Assembly (NCBI GenBank): GCA_038146805.1 | Contig: JAYQSH010000003.1 | Coordinates: 117,807 to 181,806, forward strand | DNA from: a bacterium | Lineage (GTDB): Bacteria; Cyanobacteriota; Vampirovibrionia; LMEP-6097 | Direction: 5' to 3' | Length of the DNA: 64,000 nucleotides | Shown: piece by piece, positions 10,521 through 18,796 of the stretch | Layout: every line of letters begins with the position of its first letter | How positions within the stretch are numbered: the first letter of the stretch is position 1 | Notes under the pieces: model-generated | Database searches by the model: none | The model's input: the letters and a program-made list of their open reading frames with translations, nothing else | Told to the model about the DNA's origin: nothing | Program-made: the position numbers and the translations under genes

Positions 10521-11515
10521 TCATAAATGGCAATATACTAGATTTAATTTTAGTAGCTTTAATTAGTTTTATAGCTAGCTTTATTTTGCACAATTATTTA
10601 TTTGAAAAAGAAAAAAAACACTTTGTCGAAAAACACAAAAAACTTATTGAAAAATTTTTAGCAATAAATATTAGTCACCTTCATGATTCAGCAAACTTAT
10701 TCAATCTCATCAAAAACAATGCAGAAGAACAAAAAATTATAAATTTTGCAACTGGCGCAGCCTATCACTACAGATCAATTTTCAACTCACTCAAAAAAAC
10801 TTTTTTTGTTATACAAAATCAGAATTTTAAAAATTTAAACGAAGATACAATCTCACAATTAATTGCCAAAGAAGAAATTGACCTAAAGGACTTAATTAAT
10901 ATAGAACTTTTTCAACTTGGAAATTTCTCAGAGATAGAAATAGAAGATCATACTAAATCTAACTATGCCTTTATATACGGTAATTTTGATTTATTAACAA
11001 AGGTTGTTTTAAACCTTGTTGAAAATGCTTTAAAATACTCAAATACAAAAATCAAAATCATTCTCACAGAAATAAACAATCGATACATTCTAAAGATTAT
11101 GTCTTTTGGAAAATCAATTTCAGAAGAAATAAAAACAAAAATTAATAATCAAATCTACAAAGATCTTGAAGGGCACGGCTTAAGTAGTTTGGTAGAAATC
11201 ATGAATTACCATAATGCCAATATTGAAATTTCATCAATTCAAGATGAGGCGAGCTCAATAAATTTAGAATTTGAAAAATTTATTGCCACTAGAAAAACAC
11301 CAATAATAAAAAAAGCTTTCAACAACAAAAAAAATAAACAATTTGTTTGGCTACCAATAGTTGGTTTAATAGCATTAATATTTTTCTTAAAGCAAATCAT
11401 CTCGATTTTACAAAAACTAATCAAAAATACCATAAGTCAAAATAGAGATTTCCTCCGACTTGAGCAAATGATTGATAAAGAAACAGAAAACTTAAATTTA
11501 AAACTTGATTTATAG
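10517..11515 (+). CDS. histidine-kinase-like ATPase (HATPase_c) membrane protein
   Basis: N-terminal TM, H-box-like INISHLHDSANL, N-box NLVENALKYS, G-box EGHGLSSLVEIM, and an extra TM after the ATPase domain. ATGA overlap with the VirB6-like gene. Confidence 0.6.
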   Translation: MIINGNILDLILVALISFIASFILHNYLFEKEKKHFVEKHKKLIEKFLAINISHLHDSANLFNLIKNNAEEQKIINFATGAAYHYRSIFNSLKKTFFVIQNQNFKNLNEDTISQLIAKEEIDLKDLINIELFQLGNFSEIEIEDHTKSNYAFIYGNFDLLTKVVLNLVENALKYSNTKIKIILTEINNRYILKIMSFGKSISEEIKTKINNQIYKDLEGHGLSSLVEIMNYHNANIEISSIQDEASSINLEFEKFIATRKTPIIKKAFNNKKNKQFVWLPIVGLIALIFFLKQIISILQKLIKNTISQNRDFLRLEQMIDKETENLNLKLDL

Positions 11516-11723
11516 CTACTGTAAAAAAAGTATTTGAGCTATTTGACCTAGCTTGGATTGGGTTATCTTAAATAAATTAAATCTTTTACTTGTTATACCT
11601 AAATCAAAGAAGGGATAAAAATTAAAGCCTAAAGGCAGGAAAAAGAAAAAAATGAAGATTTTTGAAGATGTTATAGATTTCACACTTTTTGGCATAGTCA
11701 CATTTGTGATTTCAGTATCATTG

Positions 11724-12389
11724 CTAAACCTTTAATTTTTCAATCTGCTTTAACATTGTCTCTAAGACTTCATCTTTAGTTTTATCATCAGTAATAATTT
11801 CAATAGCATCATCTGCTTTTTTTAAAGGTGCAATTTCTCTATTTGAATCTTCTTGGTCTCTTTTTTCAATTTCACTAATCAAAATTTCAAGAACAGGATC
11901 TTCACCTAAAGCTTTTAAATCTAAGATTCTTCTTTGTGCTCTTGTTTTTGCAGAAGCTAACAAAAAAAATTTAATTTCTGCATCAGGAAAAACAACAGTT
12001 CCAATATCGCGTCCATCCATAACAACATCATGTGCTTGAGCAAGTTTTCTTTGTTGGTGCAATAAAAAATCACGTACATTTTTAAAACTAGCAATATAAC
12101 TTACATGCTGACTAACAACCGATTTTCTGATTTGATCATCGAGTCTTTCACCATTTAAATGTATAGAATTACCATTATCAGAAAATTGCAAATTGAAATT
12201 TTCTAAAATACTATCTAACAAACTTTCATCATTATCAGATTTAAGACCCGCAGTTTTTTCAAGCCATTTTAATGTAACAACTCTAAACATTGCACCACTA
12301 TCAATATAAACAAAGCCTAATTTATTAGCAATCAATTTTGCTGTTGTACTTTTGCCACTTGCCGCTGGACCATCAATTGCTATTTTCAT
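11724..12389 (-). CDS. cmk: cytidylate kinase
   Basis: MKIAIDGPAASGKSTTAKLIANKLGFVYIDSGAMFR. Start overlaps the leuA stop (TAATG). Confidence 0.9.
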   Translation of the reverse strand: MKIAIDGPAASGKSTTAKLIANKLGFVYIDSGAMFRVVTLKWLEKTAGLKSDNDESLLDSILENFNLQFSDNGNSIHLNGERLDDQIRKSVVSQHVSYIASFKNVRDFLLHQQRKLAQAHDVVMDGRDIGTVVFPDAEIKFFLLASAKTRAQRRILDLKALGEDPVLEILISEIEKRDQEDSNREIAPLKKADDAIEIITDDKTKDEVLETMLKQIEKLKV

Positions 12390-13996
12390 TAGATACTTGC
12401 TTCTTTTGCATCAACTATATCTTCATTCATTTGCGGGTTTAATTTAGCACTTTCTCTTTTTTCAAAATAACGATTTATAGCATTTAAATAAGCTTGAGCA
12501 GATGCCAACAAAATATCCGTATTTGCAGCATGACCGCTATAAATAGCCCCACTTTCATCATCTTTAACTCTGATAATAACCTCACCAAGTGAATCTATAC
12601 CTTCAGTTACAGACTTAACCGAAAACTCTATTAAAGTACAACTCGCTTTTGTCAATTTACGTATACATTTACAAATTGCATCAACAGGACCAGTTCCAAG
12701 CTCAGCACCCCTTAAGACATTTGTTTTATCTCTTTGATCTTGAAGCATAACACTTGCAGTAGGCAGCCCAGAACTACCGCAGGTTACTTGTGCGTGCAAG
12801 AGCTCAAATGTTGCTTGCAATTCACTAGTAAGAGCACTATCGGTTGTTAGGCTAATTAAATCTCTATCATCAACACGTTTTTTCTTGTCAGCAAGTAAAA
12901 TAAATTTTTGATACAACTCTTCAAGTGTTTCATCATTAATATGTTTAAAACCTAACTGTTCAATTCTTGATTTCAAAGCATGTTTGCCAGAACGTGGGCC
13001 TAGTGGAATTTGTGTAGAAAGTAAACCAATTTCTTCTGGGTTTATAATCTCATAGGTTTTTTGGTTTTTCAGCATGCCATCTTGGTGAATACCAGATTCA
13101 TGCGCAAAAGCATTAGCACCAACAATAGCTTTATTTGGTTGCACAAAAATACCTGTTACATTTGAAACTAATTTTGAAGTTCTCATAATTTGAGTTGAAT
13201 CTATATTAGTTTCTAAACCCAAATCTTTGCGAGTCTTTAAAATCATGACAATTTCTTCTAAGCTGGCATTACCAGCTCGCTCGCCAATACCATTGATAGT
13301 ACATTCTATTTGCCTTGCTCCATTTGTAATGGCGGCAAGAGAATTGCCAGTTGCCAAACCTAAATCATTATGACAATGCACTGAAATAATCGCTTTATCA
13401 ATATTTTTTACATTTGCTTTTATATCAGCAATCAAATTACCAAACTCCATTGGAGTCGTATAGCCAACTGTATCTGGGATATTAATTGAGGTAGCACCAC
13501 TTTCGATAGCGGCTGTAATTATTTCATACAAAAAACTTTTTTCGCTACGACCAGCATCTTCAGGAGAAAACTCAACTTCATCCACAAATGATCTAGCGTA
13601 AGCAACCATTTCTTGAGCTCTTTTTAAAACTTCATCTGCATTCATCTTTAGCTTATATTCCATATGAATTGCTGAAGTCGCAATAAAGGTATGTAACCTT
13701 TTACTATAAGCTTGCTCTAATGCTTTTGCCGCAGTCTCAATATCTTTAGGCAAAGCTCTTGCCAGCGCACAAATTGTAGGACCGCCCTTGATACCAACTT
13801 CTTTTGCGATATTAGCAACAGCATTAAAATCTCCAGAACTAGAAATCGGAAAACCCGCCTCGATTACATCAACTTTTAAAGCAGCAAGCTGTTTTGCAAT
13901 TGCTAATTTTTCATCAGCATTCATAGCAGCCCCGGGACTTTGTTCGCCATCTCTTAATGTGGTATCAAATATAAAAACTCTGTTATCTTCAGACAT
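12389..13996 (-). CDS. leuA: 2-isopropylmalate synthase (a CimA-type citramalate synthase is not excluded)
   Basis: IFDTTLRDGEQSPGA and HCHNDLGLATGNS motifs. C-terminal LeuA-dimer regulatory domain. Confidence 0.85.
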   Translation of the reverse strand: MSEDNRVFIFDTTLRDGEQSPGAAMNADEKLAIAKQLAALKVDVIEAGFPISSSGDFNAVANIAKEVGIKGGPTICALARALPKDIETAAKALEQAYSKRLHTFIATSAIHMEYKLKMNADEVLKRAQEMVAYARSFVDEVEFSPEDAGRSEKSFLYEIITAAIESGATSINIPDTVGYTTPMEFGNLIADIKANVKNIDKAIISVHCHNDLGLATGNSLAAITNGARQIECTINGIGERAGNASLEEIVMILKTRKDLGLETNIDSTQIMRTSKLVSNVTGIFVQPNKAIVGANAFAHESGIHQDGMLKNQKTYEIINPEEIGLLSTQIPLGPRSGKHALKSRIEQLGFKHINDETLEELYQKFILLADKKKRVDDRDLISLTTDSALTSELQATFELLHAQVTCGSSGLPTASVMLQDQRDKTNVLRGAELGTGPVDAICKCIRKLTKASCTLIEFSVKSVTEGIDSLGEVIIRVKDDESGAIYSGHAANTDILLASAQAYLNAINRYFEKRESAKLNPQMNEDIVDAKEASI

Positions 13997-14096
13997 ATTG
14001 CTTTTGCAATTATACTATTTTACTTGTCTTACTGCAAAACTTAAATGATAACTTTGAGGCACTAAAGTAAGGTAGCTAGGTTAAATTATTGAATGA

Positions 14097-14158
14097 TGAG
14101 ACAAAATGAACACGGTCCGAAGTGTCCTGAGACAAAATGAACACGGTCCGAAGTGTCC
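14097..14158. repeat. two exact head-to-tail copies of a 31-bp unit TGAGACAAAATGAACACGGTCCGAAGTGTCC
   Basis: 14097-14127 and 14128-14158 are identical. Related copies occur at 34998-35030 and 41831-41937. Confidence 0.9.
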
Positions 14159-14257
14159 CAGTTATCGGGACTTGTAGATAGTACCTCGTCTTTTTGCAAA
14201 ATAAGAAATCAATAATATAATACTTATTGCGTACAAATTTTCAGGGAAAACTACAGC

Positions 14258-16246
14258 ATAAAAAAAACAATACTAAACCGAATTGCAAGTATTTGCCTAA
14301 TATTTTTATTAGCTATTTTTTTCAACTTAAAAACAAATGCCCAAGAAGCAAGTAAAGTTCTAAACAACCTTGAATTAGAAAAATATTTTGGCAAAGCCAT
14401 AATTTCAGAAATTTCCATCAAGGGAAACCGGCTCATAAAAGACTCTGAAATAAAAAAAGAAATATTCTCTATGCCCGGTAGCTTACTACAAAAAGAAAAT
14501 ATTCTTGCTGATTTACAAAAAATCTATCAACTTGGTTATTTTGAGGGAGATAGCCTAAAAGCAACACCTTACTTAAAAGATGATCAAAGTATTTTACTTG
14601 AATACAGTCTTGTAGAAGCACCACCCATAAACGATTTGGTGATTTATGGTAATAACAATAGTGAAATCAATGCCTATGATATTTTTGTCGACTTGATTGC
14701 TAAACCAGAAAATGCAAAATTAATCAAAGAAAAAATTCAAGAACTTGAAAGTGAGTATTTGAAAAAAGGTTTTATTGTTGCCAAAGTTGCAGACATTAAT
14801 ATTACTCAAGCAGGTGGCTTAGAAGTCTTTGTTGATGAAGGTTATATCAATAGAATTGTTTTTAAAGGTAATGAAAAAACCAAAGAAAGTTACTTGAAAA
14901 ATGTCGTCAGAAATCAAAAAACAAATTCCGCCTATAATGAATTTGAATTTTCTAAAGATTATAAAAGATTACAAGGCACAAATTTTTTCTCTAGTATTAC
15001 ACGAACTGTAAGACCTAGTGAAAACTCATCTGGCTATGACTTAGTTATAGAAATGACCGAAAAAAGAACAGCCTCTGCTAGTATCGGTGGTGGTATAAAC
15101 TCAACAGCTGGAGTTTTTGCAAATGCTAATTTAAACATTGCAAATATTCGCGGTAAGGGCGAAAACCTTAATGTCACTGCGATTATAGGTAGTGGTTATG
15201 GTGCTACACAATCTTTTAGAAACAATAGTGACTTTGTAAGACGAGGTAATTTAACACAAATCTCTACAAGCTATAGCATTCCTTATTTTAGAGATACCGA
15301 TATGACTTTTAATACCTTTGCTAATTTTACACAAGGTGTTAATTACAATGTTGACCTTGCTGACCAAACTTCATACGGTGTTGGTGCAGGTATATCAAAA
15401 GTTTACGATAGCAAACATGTGTTTAGACTTTCTGGAACAGCAAACTATATTGATTTAAAAGATCGAGATCGAAAAACTTTTATTAATGAATTAACTAAAA
15501 ACATTATCAAAGAAGACGCATTAACCCAAGAAGATATTCTCAAGAAAAAAGGAGATGATTTTCTCGGTGGCAAAGACAAAATTGCACGAGATGAAGCAAA
15601 AGCAATTCGTGATTCTCAAATTGTTTCTGGAATGTATTTTGGTTTAAGACCTTCTTATAGTTTTAGTGATCTTGATGACCCTCAGAACCCTCGTGATGGT
15701 TGGCTTACAAAAATTAATGCAGAACCTACTTTAGGTTTTGCTGGTGTTTCTAGTTTTACCAAACTTAGTGCTAGTGCAACCAAATACTTGCCGCTAGGTG
15801 AAGAGTCTTCTTTTTTACTTAATATGCGCGGTGGTAGTACTGTATTTGGAGAACTTCCTCAGTTTGCAAGTTACCGACTTGGCTCTGCTTCAGGTGTAAG
15901 AGGTTACCGTCAATTTGCAGAACTAGGTTACGGATCAGACTTAGCAATAACCACGGCTGAATTCAGAACGCCTATTTATAAAGTAATCAGTCCTTTAAAA
16001 AGATACAAGTTCAGCAAAAATGTAGATTTTGCTCTTTTTGCTGATGCCGGTTTAGTTGCAAATTCAGTACGCTATAACAGAATCACAGATCGTTTATCAC
16101 AAGCAGCAGCTATAGGTTTTGGTATTCGGGTTAAATTACCTTTAGTCGGTGCTTTAAGGTTCGATATGGGTTTTCCACTAATAAAAGCAATCAGTCCTGA
16201 TCAAAAACTCTTTAGGTTTAATTTTGGACCTGCAAATATGTTCTAA
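14258..16246 (+). CDS. bamA: BamA/Omp85-family outer membrane protein; N-terminus extended relative to the ORF track and start codon uncertain
   Basis: Frame is open from 14216 and encodes the signal peptide KKTILNRIASICLIFLLAIFFNLKTNAQEA plus POTRA-like ISIKGNRLIKDSEIKKEI upstream of the track ATG at 14471. C-terminal Omp85 barrel ends FNFGPANMF. Confidence 0.75.
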   Translation: MKKTILNRIASICLIFLLAIFFNLKTNAQEASKVLNNLELEKYFGKAIISEISIKGNRLIKDSEIKKEIFSMPGSLLQKENILADLQKIYQLGYFEGDSLKATPYLKDDQSILLEYSLVEAPPINDLVIYGNNNSEINAYDIFVDLIAKPENAKLIKEKIQELESEYLKKGFIVAKVADINITQAGGLEVFVDEGYINRIVFKGNEKTKESYLKNVVRNQKTNSAYNEFEFSKDYKRLQGTNFFSSITRTVRPSENSSGYDLVIEMTEKRTASASIGGGINSTAGVFANANLNIANIRGKGENLNVTAIIGSGYGATQSFRNNSDFVRRGNLTQISTSYSIPYFRDTDMTFNTFANFTQGVNYNVDLADQTSYGVGAGISKVYDSKHVFRLSGTANYIDLKDRDRKTFINELTKNIIKEDALTQEDILKKKGDDFLGGKDKIARDEAKAIRDSQIVSGMYFGLRPSYSFSDLDDPQNPRDGWLTKINAEPTLGFAGVSSFTKLSASATKYLPLGEESSFLLNMRGGSTVFGELPQFASYRLGSASGVRGYRQFAELGYGSDLAITTAEFRTPIYKVISPLKRYKFSKNVDFALFADAGLVANSVRYNRITDRLSQAAAIGFGIRVKLPLVGALRFDMGFPLIKAISPDQKLFRFNFGPANMF

Positions 16247-16364
16247 AATCTTTTCTGGTTTTAATTAATGATTGTAAAAAAATAAAATAGATATTATAAA
16301 AAGCGGCTTTCTTTAAGTTTAATATAATATATTTACCTGTTATACGTGGTAATATATTCACAGA

Positions 16365-16703
16365 ATGTCAAATCAAGAAGAAATATTAGATATAAATGAT
16401 GCAATTAAAGAAGAAACTCAAGAAGATGAAATTGTTGAATTGAGTGATGAGGCTCGTGTCGCTTTTGCTTTGTATTTGGATGTAATGAAAAACGGTAAAG
16501 TAACAAAATACGGTACAAAAATTCCTCCATTAAATACAGCAAAAATCTCAAGACTAGCTGAGGTAAACCCTAAACAAGTATCTAAAAGTTTTGATCGTTT
16601 AAGAACTAAGGGCTTTATTTCTAACGATGATAATGGTGAGCTATTTATTCCTGATGTACTAGAATTTGAAGATTGGTTAAAAACCGAAGGCGCAGCAGTT
16701 TAA
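16365..16703 (+). CDS. small winged-helix DNA-binding protein with an acidic N-terminus
   Basis: HTH-like ISRLAEVNPKQVSKSFDRLRTKGFIS. Confidence 0.5.
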   Translation: MSNQEEILDINDAIKEETQEDEIVELSDEARVAFALYLDVMKNGKVTKYGTKIPPLNTAKISRLAEVNPKQVSKSFDRLRTKGFISNDDNGELFIPDVLEFEDWLKTEGAAV

Positions 16704-16788
16704 CTGAAAACACCTAATTTTAAGAAAAATAATTTTTATTTTTTAAGTACTTAACAGATCCTTAACTTGCATTTAGTAATTAAGATCT

Positions 16789-17067
16789 ATGGCAGTTTAC
16801 GAATTTATTCCATATATTAATTCAGCAGAAAGGTTAGCTGATTCAGAATCATTGATCGCGCAAACACAAGCAGACAATGCTTTTGCAGAACAATTATTGC
16901 AACAAGCAATTGCCGGAGTCGGCAATGTTCAAGCGGCAAGACACTTGCAAGCAACAGTTAGACAATTACTTGGTAACGCAAGAGTGAACCAACAATTTTG
17001 GATGGAAGTTGCTAAGGGTGATAAAGACCAATACAAAAAAGCCGTAGAGTTAATTAAAGTAAGCTAA
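16789..17067 (+). CDS. small helical protein, paralog of 39995..40447
   Basis: Shares LQQAI-G-G-V and R-LLG--RV--Q-W--EV blocks with the 150-aa protein. Confidence 0.6.
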   Translation: MAVYEFIPYINSAERLADSESLIAQTQADNAFAEQLLQQAIAGVGNVQAARHLQATVRQLLGNARVNQQFWMEVAKGDKDQYKKAVELIKVS

Positions 17068-17078
17068 TAGGGGAAAAT

Positions 17079-17555
17079 ATGTTTCATTCAAGTTCAACAG
17101 CACCAGAACCAAGTTATCTAAATTGGGATTTACAACAAGATTATATAACTCGTACCACAACACAGTTATCAGCAAGTAACTTTCAAGATATTTTTAATAT
17201 GACCAAAAGAGTTGGTGAAATCGAAGTTAAAATGAGTGATTTAAAATTCAGAGCTGGCGGCATCGGGGGTATGCTGGGTATCGCAGCTGGTGCACTCGGC
17301 GGACCGATTGGCAGTGTGATTGGTTTTGGAGTAGGTAGATCACTTGGAAACTTTGTAGGTTCAGCACTCGCAAATAAATATTACGGCGAAGAAAAAAATA
17401 CTATCAATCAACATTTACACAACGCGCAAATGAGAGATACTCAACTTAAATATCAAGTTGGTCAATTAAACGCTCTTGGACAAATGATTACAACTTTAAG
17501 ACAAAATAGAATTAATGATGATAAGAAAATCATCCAAGATATGCTAGTCCTATAA
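17079..17555 (+). CDS. glycine-zipper membrane protein
   Basis: GGIGGMLGIAAGALGGPIGSVIGFGVGRSLGNFVGSALA. SD AGGGGA precedes the ATG. Starts 11 nt after the upstream gene. Confidence 0.6.
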   Translation: MFHSSSTAPEPSYLNWDLQQDYITRTTTQLSASNFQDIFNMTKRVGEIEVKMSDLKFRAGGIGGMLGIAAGALGGPIGSVIGFGVGRSLGNFVGSALANKYYGEEKNTINQHLHNAQMRDTQLKYQVGQLNALGQMITTLRQNRINDDKKIIQDMLVL

Positions 17556-17582
17556 TTTAAATTCGAAATTAATTAAAAGTAT

Positions 17583-18083
17583 CTAGTTTTTCATTAATGA
17601 AACTGGTTGATTCAATTCATCTATTGGACCAATATAATCTCTTCTGAGAGGATATCCTTGCCAGTTATCAGGATTTAAGATTCTTACTAAATTTGGATGA
17701 TCTTCAAATATAATTCCAAGCATATCAAAAGCTTCTCTTTCTAACCAATTAGCTGTCGGGAATACAGATGTCAAGCTTGGAATACTTGGACTATTTTTAT
17801 CAGTGTTGACTTTCAAAACAACAGAACTATGAGTGTTAGGATCTTCAAGATGATAAATAGCTTGATAAGCATCTTTAACTTCAACAGCTGTTAAATAATT
17901 AAGCAAAGTCATTTTCTTAGATCTCATTAAATCTTTTGTAATCGCAAGTAAATCATTTTTATCAACTAAAATCATCTCAAAACCTGATGCATTTTCACCA
18001 AGTGATTCTACATTAAATTTTTTGTCAGTTAAATATTTAACAAACTCTAATTCTTTTACAACTGCACTATTTTCTTCTGTCAT
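17583..18083 (-). CDS. nuoC: NADH dehydrogenase subunit C (NuoC/NdhJ type)
   Basis: FPTANWLEREAFDMLGIIFEDHPNLVRIL...YPLRRDY. Confidence 0.85.
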   Translation of the reverse strand: MTEENSAVVKELEFVKYLTDKKFNVESLGENASGFEMILVDKNDLLAITKDLMRSKKMTLLNYLTAVEVKDAYQAIYHLEDPNTHSSVVLKVNTDKNSPSIPSLTSVFPTANWLEREAFDMLGIIFEDHPNLVRILNPDNWQGYPLRRDYIGPIDELNQPVSLMKN

Positions 18084-18707
18084 TTACTTCACCAATAAAC
18101 CTGTTTCTTCATCAACGTTTTTTGTTGCATCTCTATGAGATTGAGCAATCGCAGCTCTTTGAGATAATTTTTCTCTTCTAATTTTTCTTTGCAAAGTAAA
18201 TAAACCATGCAATAAACCTTCAGGACGCGGCGGGCAACCCGGCACATAGACATCAACTGGAATAATTCTATCTACTCCTTGTACAACCGAATAGCTATCA
18301 TGAAACATGCCGCCTGTAATAGTACATGCGCCCATGGCAATAACATATTTTGGCTCTGGTAACTGTTCATAAAGTCTAATTAAAGCAGGAGCCATTTTTC
18401 TTGTGATTGTACCTGCGGTAATAATCATATCTGCCTGACGCGGCGTTGCACGAAAAACCTCAGATCCAAAACGTGAAATATCAAAACGTGACATACCAAC
18501 TGACATCATCTCAATCGCACAACAAGATGTACCATAAGTCAAAGGCCATACGCTATTAGATCTCGCCCAATTGTAAATACTATCCAAAAAACTACCCACT
18601 GTGGTAACTAACAAATTATCTTGCAGACCTTCAGGGATTTCAATATCTTTTTTTTGGGGTAATTTAACTTGACTTTGAGAATAAAGTTCTTCGATTTTAT
18701 TTGCCAT
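18084..18707 (-). CDS. nuoB: NADH dehydrogenase subunit B (NuoB/NdhK type); start moved to [12 protein letters not shown]
   Basis: SCCAIEMM and GCPPRPEGL Fe-S motifs. The track start at 18755 is a GTG adding 16 unlikely residues. Confidence 0.85.
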   Translation of the reverse strand: MANKIEELYSQSQVKLPQKKDIEIPEGLQDNLLVTTVGSFLDSIYNWARSNSVWPLTYGTSCCAIEMMSVGMSRFDISRFGSEVFRATPRQADMIITAGTITRKMAPALIRLYEQLPEPKYVIAMGACTITGGMFHDSYSVVQGVDRIIPVDVYVPGCPPRPEGLLHGLFTLQRKIRREKLSQRAAIAQSHRDATKNVDEETGLLVK

Positions 18708-18796
18708 ACCTATATAAATTATAACAATAAATGCAGTTTGACAAGTTTCACCCACCTTAATGTCTTAACAGTTTTTGCACAGGTTAAAATATCAAT

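Noticed and set aside
11516-11701. 61-aa hydrophobic ORF downstream of cmk
   Set aside because: It could be a real small membrane protein. However, it has no SD sequence, is F/I-rich as expected from AT-rich noise, and abuts the convergent kinase-like gene. Support is insufficient.
14097-14158. Possible CRISPR array
   Set aside because: There are only two directly abutting repeat units with no spacer and no cas genes. Copies elsewhere are solitary or inverted, so this is a dispersed repeat family.
14251-14436. 61-aa minus-strand ORF upstream of bamA
   Set aside because: The plus strand across the same bases encodes the BamA signal peptide and first POTRA segment.
16789-17067. Assignment of the small helical proteins to the WXG100/ESAT-6 family
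   Set aside because: The Trp lies near the C-terminus rather than in the central hairpin turn. Only one paralog has W-x-G. No T7SS genes are present.
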